A DNA stretch of 64,000 bases from Opitutales bacterium (GCA_028280845.1 JANQKZ010000006.1:135512-199511), one strand, 5' to 3'; shown: positions 33,267 to 44,267, numbered from the stretch's first letter. Numbers and translations are program-made. Notes: generated by a model from the sequence alone, not told the origin.

Positions 33267-33698
33267 CTAATCTGGAATCACCACATATTGATCCTGTCCT
33301 CCTGAAACCCATTTAACGCGAATTCGTTTATCCAAGGTAACCAGCTTGCCCTTGCGCTCTACAGCCAGGGCAAGCAAGTATAGGTCGGTGAGCTGCTTGC
33401 TTTTGGTTTTTCTGAGGTCAGGCATCACTTCCAGATTCCGAATACTTAAAGAATCTGACCAAAATTGATGTCCCGGGAACAAGCAAAGCCGGACCAACAG
33501 GGACCGCACTTCCTCGGGGGAGCCTGGGGCATTAGGGTAGGACGGATTCGACAAAATTCGCACAAACCCATTTTCGGTTATCGGACAAGTGGCCCACCCC
33601 TGTCGGGCCACCGCCTTGAACCATTTCCTGACTCGGCTATGGTGGACATGGTCCGGATCCGCCAGAGCGATCAAGACGTTTACATCAAGGAGCATCAT
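33267..33698 (-). CDS. vapC: Type II toxin, VapC-family PIN-domain ribonuclease
   Basis: MMLLDVNVLIALADPDHVHHSRVRKWF is the typical VapC (TIGR00028-type) N-terminus with the first acidic PIN residue. 143 aa, 5 nt downstream of a small antitoxin gene. Confidence 0.85.
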   Translation of the reverse strand: MMLLDVNVLIALADPDHVHHSRVRKWFKAVARQGWATCPITENGFVRILSNPSYPNAPGSPEEVRSLLVRLCLFPGHQFWSDSLSIRNLEVMPDLRKTKSKQLTDLYLLALAVERKGKLVTLDKRIRVKWVSGGQDQYVVIPD

Positions 33699-33703
33699 TG
33701 GGC

Positions 33704-33952
33704 CTAGACCTCCTCCTCATTCGATAAATCATATACCTGCTCACTGGTGACTTTGCCCCGACGCGAAGAAAAGTAAGGGAGTCCATCCTCATCTATCAGA
33801 AAAGCCGCGCTACTCCCTGGATCCGACTGTTCATCGACCAACTCCCGGCGCAGGGCATGCTCAACCAGCGCTTTTAAAGTTGTCCTCCGACGAAACGCTA
33901 CGGCCTTGGCTTCGTTCAGTAGGTCATCCGGGAGTTCTAAGGTCGTTTTCAT
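33704..33952 (-). CDS. vapB: Type II antitoxin (VapB-like)
   Basis: 82 aa. MKTTLELPDDLLNEAKAVAFRRRTTLKALVEHALRREL is typical of small antitoxins paired with this VapC subfamily. Confidence 0.7.
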   Translation of the reverse strand: MKTTLELPDDLLNEAKAVAFRRRTTLKALVEHALRRELVDEQSDPGSSAAFLIDEDGLPYFSSRRGKVTSEQVYDLSNEEEV

Positions 33953-34314
33953 ATGGTTATATATATGGGTTTATGGGTATATGGTAGTATTTGGCGAGTT
34001 TCACAAGAGGAAAGAATAGGTCAAAGACTCCAGGCTGGGGTCATAATTATGTGCCTCTTGTGTTGTTTTAGGCTACCCTCCCTACGCTTTTTACACGAAC
34101 CAATCGTTTTCAGAATTCCCAAACAGACCCCAATCCCTTGCGGTTCACCTGCATCACAACCCCAAGATCTAGGGATCAAGCGACCAAATCGTTGTTACGA
34201 TCCGGTTAACCCTGTCACAACCAGGTCAAAAATGGGAATAAGGTGTGAATAACTTTTGACCCCCGACAAACCGCCCTTTAATCGAAATTCCCGAGCTGAA
34301 TGATCCTCTTCTAA

Positions 34315-35259
34315 ATGAAAAATGTATCTCTCAAATACAAAACCATCTTTCTCTCGGACGTCCACCTCGGCATGGCGGACTGTAAGATCGAGGATGTAAA
34401 TTTTTTCCTGAAACACGCCCATTGTGATCGCCTGATCCTGAATGGGGATATCATCGACGGACTCGCCCTCAAACGTGGAGGAAAATGGACGAAAAAGCAC
34501 ACGCGTTTCATTCGCCTTGTCCTCAAGAAAATGGAGAAGAAGCGGACAGAAATCATCTATGTCCGGGGCAATCACGACGACATCCTCAAACGTTTTCTTC
34601 CGCTAAAGTTCGATAAACTCCAGGTTGTAGATAAATTTGTCCATAGTACACCGAATGGTGAATACCTCTGCATCCATGGAGATGGGCTTGATATGATTTG
34701 CGCCCACCACCCATGGCTCATGCATGTGGGTAACTTCGGGTATGACTTTATGCTCTGGCTGAATCGCAAGTACAATGCCTGGCGGGCATGGAGAGGAAAG
34801 GAGTATTTCTCGATCAGCAAAGTCATTAAAGCAAAGGTCAAAGGCGCCGTCAGTTTTGTTGGAAATTACGAAGACGAATTGCAGAAACTGGCCGAGCGTA
34901 ATGGCTACAAGGGTATCATTGCCGGACACATCCATACGCCCGGCAACAAGATGATAGGCAACGTCCACTACCTGAATTCCGGAGACTGGGTAGAATCGTC
35001 CACCTGCATCGTGGAGCACTTCGACAACACCTTTGAGGTGCTACAATTTGAAGACTTTATAGCCAGGCTCCAGGAAAAGGCTGAACGGAAGAAAGGAAAA
35101 ACAGGCGCCAAAATCATCTGCATCGGCGATGACCTTCCTCCTGAGGAAGAAGAGGAGGAGGAAGATATCATCGCTACTGCCATGGTCGATACTTACGTAG
35201 AGGAAAAAAAGATCTCTCGAAAAAAACAAAAGGCCGCCGCTAAGGCCGCTGCGGTGTAG
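34315..35259 (+). CDS. UDP-2,3-diacylglucosamine diphosphatase-like metallophosphoesterase (LpxH/LpxG-like)
   Basis: Calcineurin-like motifs IFLSDVHLG, LNGDIIDG, RGNHD and GHIHTP, plus an unusual Glu-run and Lys/Ala-rich C-terminal tail. Confidence 0.7.
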   Translation: MKNVSLKYKTIFLSDVHLGMADCKIEDVNFFLKHAHCDRLILNGDIIDGLALKRGGKWTKKHTRFIRLVLKKMEKKRTEIIYVRGNHDDILKRFLPLKFDKLQVVDKFVHSTPNGEYLCIHGDGLDMICAHHPWLMHVGNFGYDFMLWLNRKYNAWRAWRGKEYFSISKVIKAKVKGAVSFVGNYEDELQKLAERNGYKGIIAGHIHTPGNKMIGNVHYLNSGDWVESSTCIVEHFDNTFEVLQFEDFIARLQEKAERKKGKTGAKIICIGDDLPPEEEEEEEDIIATAMVDTYVEEKKISRKKQKAAAKAAAV

Positions 35260-35486
35260 CCAACCGATTTGCATTTTTGTCGGGGCTGCGCTCGCCGCAG
35301 GTCCTGAGCCTGTCAAAGGGTGTATGCCCCATTGATCATTGGATCTTGGACTTGGATATTGATTCTTATTGAATAGGAAATGGTTTAGCCGCCCTACTAG
35401 CAGCATCACCCTACCGAATCCCTATTAAGGGAACCTTTGCTCTGACGATGGTTCAGTATAAGTAGACCTTTTACCACAGATAAATC

Positions 35487-35921
35487 ATGAAAACAAAGAC
35501 CCTCACCCTCCTTTTTTCTCTAGCTCTCTTCACTGGGCTGGCCGGGTGCGCGACCACTACTGGCACCGCCGGCAAGGTGAGAACTGGGTCCCCCCTGAAC
35601 CAGGAATACCCGACGACGTGGATAACTGAAGCTGACCAGGCTCCCATTCTTCAGTCCGGGAAAGCACCTTCCCAGCCCATCGGTGAAGCCTTCGCCAGCG
35701 GCTTTGCCAAACTTACCTTCACCGTGACGGCCGAAGGCAAAACCGAAAATATCAGAGTTGTTGATTCCGAAGGCAGCCGCTACTTCGGCGGAAACTCCAG
35801 GGAAGCCATTAAATACTGGCGTTATACTCCGGCCATGAAAGACGGTCAGCCTGTCGCTTGTGATGGTGAGATCACTTTTAACTTCACCGGAGCTACCCGG
35901 GGAGCGCGGCCTCAAAATTAA
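35487..35921 (+). CDS. Lipoprotein with TonB C-terminal-like domain
   Basis: Lipobox LTGLAGC. The C-terminal segment KLTFTVTAEGKTENIRVVDSEG...AIKYWRYTPAMKDGQPV resembles TonB_C. Confidence 0.6.
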   Translation: MKTKTLTLLFSLALFTGLAGCATTTGTAGKVRTGSPLNQEYPTTWITEADQAPILQSGKAPSQPIGEAFASGFAKLTFTVTAEGKTENIRVVDSEGSRYFGGNSREAIKYWRYTPAMKDGQPVACDGEITFNFTGATRGARPQN

Positions 35922-35947
35922 CTTTAATCTGAATAACCTTTAAACTT

Positions 35948-35978
35948 AAAACCGGGGTGGACACGCCCCGGTTTTTTG
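35948..35978 (+). terminator. Rho-independent terminator
   Basis: Stem accgggg / ccccggt with loop tggacacg, followed by a T6 run (aaaaccggggtggacacgccccggtttttt). Confidence 0.8.
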
Positions 35979-36279
35979 TATCCATAAAATGGTTACGGAT
36001 AAGGGTAAGCCATAGCCAAATTAACCATACTTCCTGTCTCCTGCTTTAAACCTCAGATTACGCAGATACGTTGATAACCACAGCTTATCGCTTACTGACT
36101 AAAGCCACACCCTCCTTGTGTCTCCGTACCCTTTAGTCAGTTTGGTCGAAAACGATCGCGATAAGGAAAACAAGTTCGCGTCACGTCTCTCGCGCCGGCC
36201 ATGCTGCAGGCAGGAAGCGCTACATTTTTATTTCCTATCTCCTTAGGCGCCCTTGCTCGCCAACGTGCACGCCTCCTTT

Positions 36280-37818
36280 TTAATCGAGGAACATCTTGCT
36301 TGTCGCGTGGAACTCATCCTTCAGGGCTGGATACAATGCGCGATATCGGGGATAGAGCCGGCCGTATAGCTCGGCGTCTACGCCGGGGCTGGCTTCAGCC
36401 GTATTCTGAATGGTAGATTTGCAAGCTGTAGCCACATCCGGGTAGTGACCACTGCAAACCCCGCCCAGCAATGCGGCACCAAAAGCCGCTCCTTCGGTGG
36501 CATTCACAGTGACTACCCGTTGGGCAAAAACATCAGCCATCATTTGGCGCCAGAATGGGTTTTGCGCACCGCCTCCACTCACGACGACTTCCTCCGGCTG
36601 AATCCCGAGGTGGGTCATGAGCTGGAGCGAATCGTTCATGCCGAAAGTAATGCCTTCCAGGACTGACCGAACCATATGCCCCTTGGCATGGCGCAGGGTT
36701 AAACCAATGAAGGCGCCACGAGCAAGCGGATCCGGATACGGCGTTCGCTCTCCGGACAAGTATGGCAGAAAGAGCAGGCCTTCGCAGCCCGCCGGCACAC
36801 TGGCCGCTTTTTCAACCAGGAGGTCATAGGCTTTCCCACGTCCTTGCTCTTCTAAGGCAAGCTCAGTCCGTCCCAAAGCATTCCGAAACCACTGGAACGA
36901 ACCCGCGGCAGAAAGCATCACTCCCATGAGATGCCACTCTCCGGGCACAGCTGAACAGAAGGCATGGAGATTACCTTCCGGCTCAACCCTGAATTCCTTG
37001 GAGTGCGCGAAAACCACCCCGCTCGTGCCGAAGGTGGCCGAAATCTTGCCCTCTTCGAAGATTCCGGACCCGACCGCCTGGGCAGCCTGATCACCGGCTC
37101 CTGCCGCAATGGGGATTCCGGCTTTCAGGCCTGTGGCAATCGCGGCTTCCTCGGAAAGGTGGCCCGAGATCTCTACACTTTCCATCAGGGGAGGTAACCA
37201 TTTGGGATCCACCCCGGTCGCATCAACCATTTCGGCAGACCACTTGCGCGAGCCAACTTCCATGAGGGAGGTGCCCGACCCATCGGCGACATCCATGGCC
37301 AATTCCCCCGATAAGCGGTAGCGCACGTAATCCTTGGGAAGCAGAATATGTTTGATTTTCGCAAATACAGTCGGCTCATGCTTTTTGACCCAGGCAATTT
37401 TCGGGGCCGTGAACCCCGGTAAAACCGGATTCCCGGTAATCGACAAAACTTTGTCTGCCCCGACGGAAGTTGTGATTTCGGCACATTCCTCTGCCGTCCG
37501 CTGATCATTCCACATGATACAGGGGCGCAACACTTCTCCCTTAGACCCGAGAAGGACCAACCCGTGCATCTGCCCCGTCAGTCCGATGGCAGCAATGGAC
37601 TCACCGTTCACGCCCCCTTTCCGGATAACCTGGCGGATGGCTTGAATACTGGCCTCCCACCAATCCTCCGGATCGGACTCTGCCCAGAGCGGCTTGGGGG
37701 TGTGGAATTTGTATTCAGGGGCCGCGGTCGCCACCACCGTTCCGTCCAGGCGGATTAATACCGCCTTGGTGGAAGAAGTTCCGACATCGATCCCGAGAAG
37801 AAGAGGTTGGTCACTCAT
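36280..37818 (-). CDS. xylB: Xylulokinase
   Basis: FGGY kinase with LLLGIDVGTSSTKAVL at the N-terminus, 512 aa, immediately downstream of xylA. Confidence 0.9.
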   Translation of the reverse strand: MSDQPLLLGIDVGTSSTKAVLIRLDGTVVATAAPEYKFHTPKPLWAESDPEDWWEASIQAIRQVIRKGGVNGESIAAIGLTGQMHGLVLLGSKGEVLRPCIMWNDQRTAEECAEITTSVGADKVLSITGNPVLPGFTAPKIAWVKKHEPTVFAKIKHILLPKDYVRYRLSGELAMDVADGSGTSLMEVGSRKWSAEMVDATGVDPKWLPPLMESVEISGHLSEEAAIATGLKAGIPIAAGAGDQAAQAVGSGIFEEGKISATFGTSGVVFAHSKEFRVEPEGNLHAFCSAVPGEWHLMGVMLSAAGSFQWFRNALGRTELALEEQGRGKAYDLLVEKAASVPAGCEGLLFLPYLSGERTPYPDPLARGAFIGLTLRHAKGHMVRSVLEGITFGMNDSLQLMTHLGIQPEEVVVSGGGAQNPFWRQMMADVFAQRVVTVNATEGAAFGAALLGGVCSGHYPDVATACKSTIQNTAEASPGVDAELYGRLYPRYRALYPALKDEFHATSKMFLD

Positions 37819-37836
37819 GGGAAAGGGAGTAATGGG

Positions 37837-39144
37837 TTAGATGAATTGGTTAAAGATGGATTCGAGTACCTCTTGGCGACCACTGCGGATCGTTGGCTCC
37901 TCCCTGCCTATAATATAAGCTTCCAGATCGGCCAGGGAGACTTGGCCCCCTTCCACTCTGGCTCCCATTTCGGAATCCCAGCTGGAATACCGGTCCGTCA
38001 CAAATTCCTCGATGCGCCCATCCGCGCGTATAGCAGCGGCGATCTTTAGCCCTCGAGCAAAGGTATCCATTCCGGCGATATGAGAATGGAACAGATCCAC
38101 CGGTTCGAAGCTGTCGCGGCGGCGTTTCGCATCAAAGTTCAATCCACCCGTGGTGAACCCGCCCATGCGCATCAATTCGAGCATGATGGTGGTAGTCCCA
38201 TAAATATTGGTCGGAAACTCGTCGGTGTCCCACCCGATGAACTCGGTTCCCGAATTGGCATCCACCGAGCCAAGTGCGCCCGCGTCGGCGGCCACTCGCA
38301 TTTCGTGCTGCATGGTATGCCCGGCCAACTCCGCATGATTGGTTTCCAGATTGAGCTTAAAATGATCCATCAGGTCATACTGTCTGAGAAAATTCAGGCA
38401 GGCTGCCGAATCACTGTCATACTGGTGGGTGGTCGGTTCTTTTGGCTTCGGCTCAATGTAGAACTGGCCATCAAACCCGATCTCCTGTTTAAACGCCACT
38501 GCCATATGGAGCAGGGCCGCCAGATGGTCCAGCTCCCGCTTCATGTTGGTGTTCAACAAGGTAGAATATCCCTCACGACCACCCCAGAAGGTATAGCCCT
38601 CTCCTCCCAGGCGATGAGTCACCTCGATGGCTTTTTTCACCTGAGCAGCGGCGTAAGCAAAAACATCCAACTCCGGGGATGTTGCCGCTCCCTGGCCATA
38701 GCGGTGATTCGTAAACAGACAAGCCGTTCCCCAAAGGAGCTTTTTCCCGGTGCTTTGCTGATAAGATTCCAGGACCTCGGCAATGGCATCCAGATTGGCA
38801 TTGGACTCCGTGAGCGTCGCTCCCTCTGGCGCAACGTCACGATCATGGAAGCAGTAATAATCGATTCCGATCTTTTCTAGAAATTCAAAAAACACCCCCA
38901 CGCGATGCTTAGCATTCTCCAGGCTTTCGGTCCCATCGTCCCAAGGCATCTGGGCAGTCCCTACACCAAATGGGTCCGATAGCGGGTTCCGCATCGTGTG
39001 CCAATACGGAGAGGCAAACCGAAGGTGATCCTTCATGGCCTTTCCCTCTACCAACTCGTCCGGGTTGTAGTGTTTAAACGCCAACAGGTTTTTACTGTCA
39101 GGGCCTTCATATTCAATTTTCGAAATATCAGGAAATGCACTCAT
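37837..39144 (-). CDS. xylA: Xylose isomerase
   Basis: 435 aa. ...FKHYNPDE...FCFHDRD..., FWGGREGY and [13 protein letters not shown] match class II xylose isomerase throughout. Confidence 0.93.
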   Translation of the reverse strand: MSAFPDISKIEYEGPDSKNLLAFKHYNPDELVEGKAMKDHLRFASPYWHTMRNPLSDPFGVGTAQMPWDDGTESLENAKHRVGVFFEFLEKIGIDYYCFHDRDVAPEGATLTESNANLDAIAEVLESYQQSTGKKLLWGTACLFTNHRYGQGAATSPELDVFAYAAAQVKKAIEVTHRLGGEGYTFWGGREGYSTLLNTNMKRELDHLAALLHMAVAFKQEIGFDGQFYIEPKPKEPTTHQYDSDSAACLNFLRQYDLMDHFKLNLETNHAELAGHTMQHEMRVAADAGALGSVDANSGTEFIGWDTDEFPTNIYGTTTIMLELMRMGGFTTGGLNFDAKRRRDSFEPVDLFHSHIAGMDTFARGLKIAAAIRADGRIEEFVTDRYSSWDSEMGARVEGGQVSLADLEAYIIGREEPTIRSGRQEVLESIFNQFI

Positions 39145-39303
39145 GATTTGGGGGAATTGGGGTTAGTTAAAGGCTGAGTTCCATCCTTGGTTTTGGAATA
39201 AGGATGACAACAGTGATCTTACAAAATCCACGTCAACAGGTTAACCGCATTTTGCGGTATTTTTCTGTTGTTTTGCGTAAAATCAAGGGTTTCACTTTGA
39301 GCT

Positions 39304-40461
39304 GTGGCTTCCCCCGTCCGCATTGCCTTTCTTTTGAGTTCTGTCAACGTAAGGCGGTTCATGCCGGGTATGATCGGTCAGGTTCGGCCGGACTATGAGT
39401 ATTGGCACATGGACATTTACAGACCTTGGAGCGAGGTCCTCTCCTTAGTCGATAAATGGAAACCAACCACTATGGTAACCGAGGTCATTGAAGGCATCAC
39501 GGAACCGATAGTCTCGCTGGGCCTGCCAACGGTAGTGGCACCAGGAGAATATGATGCAGACAACGTGGTGAGTATTGATGTCAACGACGTCCAGGTGGGC
39601 CATTTGGCAGCTCAACACCTCCTGGATCTGGGCATCCCCAACCTGGCTTACCTTGGAAATCAAACGATCTATTCGGTTCAACGGCACCGCGGGTTTGGGG
39701 ATTCCATATCAGTCAATGGCATACCGCTGTCGGCCCACATCGAAAAGGAGCCCCGGGCCAAGCAGTACCTCGAACACTTTCAGCCGCCATCCAAAGCTCT
39801 CATTCGATGGCTGCGGCGACTGCCCAAACCTGTAGGGATTTTTGCTGCCCACGACCCCCTCGGACGCTTGCTTTCAGAAACCTGTCGCGATCTGCAGCTT
39901 TCCATCCCAGAGGAGGTGTCCCTCCTCGCGGCCAATAATGATGAGTTGATTTGCGACCTCACCACGCCCCCCTTATCCAGCATCGATATTCCCTGGAAAC
40001 GGATCGGTAGTGAAGTCATCCACTGGGCGAATCGTATCGGCACCGAGGGATTGCCTACCCAGCGACACTTCACGATTGATCCCCTACCGGTCCACAAACG
40101 CCAATCCACCGAAGTTTCTGCTGTCGAAAGCCCGAGACTCGCCCAAATCCTCCAATACATCGATCGAGAGGCCACACGGGGAATCAATGTGAATGATGTG
40201 CTGCATGCGTTTCCCGTTTCACGCCGGTGGCTGGAAAAAACCTGCCTCACCTACTTGGGGAAGTCTCCCAAAAGCCACATACTGGATAAGCGCCTCGAAG
40301 CGGCAAAACGCCTCCTGATCCATACCGACCTGATGATCTCCGAAGTAGCCGAGCGCTCCGGGTTTTCTTCAGGCGAGCGGTTCGCTGTGAATTTCCGCCG
40401 TAAGGAAACCATCACTCCGAGCCAGTTTCGCAAGGAGTACAGCCTGTCTCCTCAGGGGTGA
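39304..40461 (+). CDS. XylR-like regulator (sugar-binding domain + AraC-type HTH)
   Basis: The C-terminal AraC HTH (…DLMISEVAERSGFSSGERFAVNFRRKETITPSQFRKEY) is preceded by a periplasmic-binding-protein-like domain. The gene is divergent from xylAB. The start is uncertain (GTG 39304 or ATG 39361). Confidence 0.7.
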   Translation: MASPVRIAFLLSSVNVRRFMPGMIGQVRPDYEYWHMDIYRPWSEVLSLVDKWKPTTMVTEVIEGITEPIVSLGLPTVVAPGEYDADNVVSIDVNDVQVGHLAAQHLLDLGIPNLAYLGNQTIYSVQRHRGFGDSISVNGIPLSAHIEKEPRAKQYLEHFQPPSKALIRWLRRLPKPVGIFAAHDPLGRLLSETCRDLQLSIPEEVSLLAANNDELICDLTTPPLSSIDIPWKRIGSEVIHWANRIGTEGLPTQRHFTIDPLPVHKRQSTEVSAVESPRLAQILQYIDREATRGINVNDVLHAFPVSRRWLEKTCLTYLGKSPKSHILDKRLEAAKRLLIHTDLMISEVAERSGFSSGERFAVNFRRKETITPSQFRKEYSLSPQG

Positions 40462-40659
40462 AGATAGCTGTGGGATAAGGCCAACTTCCAGGCAAGTGGT
40501 CCAATACGATTTGCTCGACCAACTCCGCATCGCTCCATCGGGCTGGATGGGGATTTCGATCAGAATGTACCCCACCTCTCCCCCTCCCCGCAGAGCACTC
40601 ACAATTTCAAGACGATCGAATCCATTTACATCACATTCAATTTGACTTATGCTGAGCCC

Positions 40660-41751
40660 ATGAACCGTCGACACTTTATTCAAGCCACCTCCACCGCCAT
40701 CGCCGCTACCCCTATCACCTCATCGCTGAAGGCCGGCACCGCGAATGCGATGGCCAAGGATATCGATTTCTCAAAGTTTAAAGGCTTCAACCTGCTGGAA
40801 AAATTCTGGTTGGATAACAATGAACCCTTCAAAGAGGAGGACTTTGAAATGATGGCGGAATGGGGGTTCAACTTTGCCCGCCTCCCCATGTCCTATTGGA
40901 CTTGGGGAGACCCGAAGGACTGGGACTATTTCGACGAAACCGTCTTGAACGAAATCGAAGCCGCCGTCGACCTGGGCCGCCAATACGGAATTCATGTGAA
41001 TATCAACTTCCACCGGGCCCCGGGGTATTGCGTAAACGATGGCCACCTCGAACCTTACCAGCTGTTTGAAGACCAGATAGCGGTGGATGCCACCCGAAAG
41101 CACTGGATGGTATTCGCGGAGATGTTTAAAGGCGTGTCCAATGAATACGTCACCTTCGACATGCTCAACGAACCCAAGGACATCCCCGTTGAAGTGCACA
41201 ACCCGGTTATGTCTCAGATCATTGAGGGCATCCGGTCCGTCGATCCGGATCGGACCATCGTGGTGGACGGGTTACGCTACGGGCGTGACCCCATTTTTGG
41301 CCTGGACTACCCGAACATGGTTCAAAGCACCCGCGGGTATGATCCCTTCCAACTTACCCACTACAAAGCAGGATGGGTAAACTCTAGCAATTGGCCCCTG
41401 CCCACATGGCCCTTTGTCGATAGCTCAGGAAAATCATGGGAAGCTGAGGAAATCTGGGAGGACCGTATCGTTCCCTGGCAGAAGTTGGAAGCCACCGGCA
41501 CCCAAGTCCATGCCGGTGAATGGGGAGTCTATAAGTATACCCCACACGACGTCACCCTGGAGTTTTTCAAGGCCAACCTGTCCAACTGGAGAAAAGCCCG
41601 ATGGGGCTGGGCCCTGTGGAATCTGCGGGGGGATTTCGGATTCCTCAATAGCGGGCGAGCCGATGTGAATTACGAGAAATTCCATGGCCACCAGCTCGAT
41701 CGCAAAATGCTCGAGCTCCTATTAGAGGATTTAGAGTTGAGCAAAGGGTAA
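40660..41751 (+). CDS. Glycoside hydrolase family 5, Tat-signal
   Basis: Twin-arginine signal MNRRHFIQATSTAIAA. The acid/base is in FDMLNEPKD and the nucleophile in VHAGEWGVY. ATG at 40660; the track opens at a TTG at 40642. Confidence 0.8.
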   Translation: MNRRHFIQATSTAIAATPITSSLKAGTANAMAKDIDFSKFKGFNLLEKFWLDNNEPFKEEDFEMMAEWGFNFARLPMSYWTWGDPKDWDYFDETVLNEIEAAVDLGRQYGIHVNINFHRAPGYCVNDGHLEPYQLFEDQIAVDATRKHWMVFAEMFKGVSNEYVTFDMLNEPKDIPVEVHNPVMSQIIEGIRSVDPDRTIVVDGLRYGRDPIFGLDYPNMVQSTRGYDPFQLTHYKAGWVNSSNWPLPTWPFVDSSGKSWEAEEIWEDRIVPWQKLEATGTQVHAGEWGVYKYTPHDVTLEFFKANLSNWRKARWGWALWNLRGDFGFLNSGRADVNYEKFHGHQLDRKMLELLLEDLELSKG

Positions 41752-41810
41752 TTTTGGAAGGTGAAATGGGAGTGTGGATTGGGAATTCTCCCCCAATCCC
41801 ATCGCCCAAT

Positions 41811-43217
41811 TCAATCCGCATCGTGGACTACCCCTAATTCAACCGGGTCAATCGTGAAGGCCCAGCGCTCAGTATTGGTTTTGTCGATACACTTAATTCT
41901 AATTTTTCGATCAACTTTGGTGCCGACGAGTTCGACCTGAACGAAATTCTGCGTCCCCACCAGGGTGCCTTGAACCACTGCGGGATCCATGGCTTTATCA
42001 CTTTCCTCCACATTCCAGGAACCACTGGAAAGCGGAGAGGAGGTTACCTCATAGACCCACTGGTCCGGTCGAATCTGCTGCCGGTAGAGTCCGGAGTGGT
42101 GCACATCGCCGGTCACAAACACCACGCCGCGAATATCATGATTACGAATGAAATCCAGGATCTCATTTCGCTCGCGCTGATATCCGTGATGGCTGTTGTT
42201 TCCGGCACCGACCGTCGCCAGGAACTGATTGCCGGTAACGATAAATTTGTAGGGATAAAGGCCAAGGTCTTTGATGTGCAACAGGGATTGCTTTAACCAG
42301 TCAACCTGTCTGGCCCCAAACTGCGTCTTGTCAGGAAACATGGCCGGGTCGAGCCGGGGATCATCCCGATAATAGTGATTATCCATGAGGATGAAGGCGG
42401 CGTCTCCCCAAAAGAACTTGGAGTATACTCCGGGGTTGTCGGGCTCTCCCCAGGTCGGGTTCGTGAAGTAGGTTTTAAAGGCCTCCAAGGCGACTGCTTT
42501 AAACTCAAAGGATTTGTTGGCATCGTTTGAGCCAAATTCATGGTCATCCCAAGTCGCATAATGCGGCATGGTTGCAAGCAGGGGTTGCAGATCCGGCGTT
42601 CTCCTTGTGTGAGAAAAGCGGTACCAGATCCCCGTCTCCGAGCTGAAATCAGCCTCCCGTAAATAAACGTTATCTCCCGACCACAGCATGAAGTCCGCTC
42701 CAGTATCCGCCATGTGCAGCAGGATTTCAGTCCCCTTTCCGTAAGGGGTGCCGGGACGATCAAAGGGCTCGTCATTGATATAGAGACAAGATCCGGTCAG
42801 GAAAGCAAAGTCAGGAGGATCATCATTGCTGCGCCATTCCCATTGCTCGGTGGTCCGGAACTCCAGGGGGTAGTCAAATTCCTGCTCCACCCCATCGATC
42901 ACCACCCGGTACTCAAAGGTTTTTCCCATCTCGAGAAGCGAGAGGATCGCCAACATGGGTTGAACCCCTGCCTTGTTGGTCACCGGATTCTCTGAACGCC
43001 AGACCCGTTCAGGGCCTATGGTTCCCTTTTCCCGGTAGAAAACTTCCACCAAATCCGCCCCCTGGGTTTCCAACCAGATTTGCCCCTCCATGTGGGACTG
43101 GTGGCCCAGCATGGGTCCGGATATCAGTTCTCCTCCGTATACATTCGAAGCGGTGAAGGCGGCAAGTGCCAGGCTGGGGGTGAGCAGGATAGCTTTGAGC
43201 AAACCAATTGTGTCCAT
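41811..43217 (-). CDS. PhoD-like alkaline phosphatase / phosphodiesterase
   Basis: Metallophosphatase motifs FAFLTGSC, SGDNVY, TWDDHEF and TGDVHHS in a 468-aa secreted protein. Confidence 0.8.
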   Translation of the reverse strand: MDTIGLLKAILLTPSLALAAFTASNVYGGELISGPMLGHQSHMEGQIWLETQGADLVEVFYREKGTIGPERVWRSENPVTNKAGVQPMLAILSLLEMGKTFEYRVVIDGVEQEFDYPLEFRTTEQWEWRSNDDPPDFAFLTGSCLYINDEPFDRPGTPYGKGTEILLHMADTGADFMLWSGDNVYLREADFSSETGIWYRFSHTRRTPDLQPLLATMPHYATWDDHEFGSNDANKSFEFKAVALEAFKTYFTNPTWGEPDNPGVYSKFFWGDAAFILMDNHYYRDDPRLDPAMFPDKTQFGARQVDWLKQSLLHIKDLGLYPYKFIVTGNQFLATVGAGNNSHHGYQRERNEILDFIRNHDIRGVVFVTGDVHHSGLYRQQIRPDQWVYEVTSSPLSSGSWNVEESDKAMDPAVVQGTLVGTQNFVQVELVGTKVDRKIRIKCIDKTNTERWAFTIDPVELGVVHDAD

Positions 43218-43379
43218 CCCACAAGGTTTGGCCGAGCCCCTTCTCCCGTCAACGGGTTTTGGAAAATCACATTATCAACGTTTCCTAATTGTTACAATAA
43301 AACCCAACTCTCCGACAGGCAACAGCTTAAGGAAAACCAAACTCTCCCGATAAAATGCTATTGCACAATCCCACCTGAA

Positions 43380-44267
43380 ATGACCACCATGCGGTCCATG
43401 CGCTTAGGGTTTTCCCGTATAGCTATCCTACTCACCTGCCTGACTCCGCTCCTCCTCTTTGGCCAGGAAGAGTATCCATTGGGTCGTGAATCCGGGAAGC
43501 TCATCATTGATCGCCTCATTAATGAGCAAAACATCCAGACGGAGGTGGCAGATATTGTCCTCGCCGTCATCGATAGTTCGGGAAATGTAAATCAACGCGA
43601 ACTTCTCGTCGCCGCCAGCCGGGCAGAAAGGGGACACTTTAATTATCTGATCCGGTTCACCGCCCCGAGTGACATTGCCGGAACCGGCCTCATCTCCAGA
43701 GAACAGGATAGCGGAGATATTGAACAATTCCTTTATCTTCCTGCCCTCGGACAAATCACCCCCATTACCGGCGACAGTAAACAATCCTCATTCATGGGGT
43801 CCGACTTCACCTACGAAGACCTGCAGCGCGAAAGTACCCAGCACTACGAATATGCCTATGTCGGAGACACCCGCATAGGAAACCGGATGGTTTACAAAGT
43901 TGTCGCCCTGGCCTCCACCCCGGGCCGGAAAAAGATTACCGGGTATGCCCGTCGGATCCTCTTCATCGATAAGTTGAATTTAAATGTGCTGAAAGTAGAG
44001 TTCTACGATAAAAATAATGTCCACCAGAAGACCCTGGAAGCCTTTGACTATTCCGTGCAGGAAAGCAACCTGACGACCCGGCGCCCCCAGCGCGCCGTTA
44101 TGGAGAACCATATCAAACGAACCACTTCCATTCTCACCCTGCGACAAGGCCGAACCAATGTCCCCATCTCCAAGGAGCTGTTTGTCCCGGATTCCCTCCA
44201 GATCTGGACCCAGGAAAATGAAGCCCAGATTCGGGACCTACTCAGCTTTACCCCGGACAACAGCTGA
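43380..44267 (+). CDS. LolA-like outer-membrane lipoprotein-sorting-type protein (partner of the MMPL transporter)
   Basis: Signal peptide MTTMRSMRLGFSRIAILLTCLTPLLLFG. ...FLYLPALGQITPITGDSKQSSFMGSDFTYEDL... is typical of the LolA_like (PF17131) family that pairs with RND/MMPL permeases. I prefer the ATG at 43380, because the track ORF start at 43080 overlaps phoD. Confidence 0.6.
   Translation: MTTMRSMRLGFSRIAILLTCLTPLLLFGQEEYPLGRESGKLIIDRLINEQNIQTEVADIVLAVIDSSGNVNQRELLVAASRAERGHFNYLIRFTAPSDIAGTGLISREQDSGDIEQFLYLPALGQITPITGDSKQSSFMGSDFTYEDLQRESTQHYEYAYVGDTRIGNRMVYKVVALASTPGRKKITGYARRILFIDKLNLNVLKVEFYDKNNVHQKTLEAFDYSVQESNLTTRRPQRAVMENHIKRTTSILTLRQGRTNVPISKELFVPDSLQIWTQENEAQIRDLLSFTPDNS

Noticed and set aside
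43080-43379. Upstream extension of the LolA-like ORF (track start 43080)
   Set aside because: It overlaps the 5' end of phoD on the opposite strand, and its translation is low-complexity. A typical signal peptide begins at the ATG at 43380.
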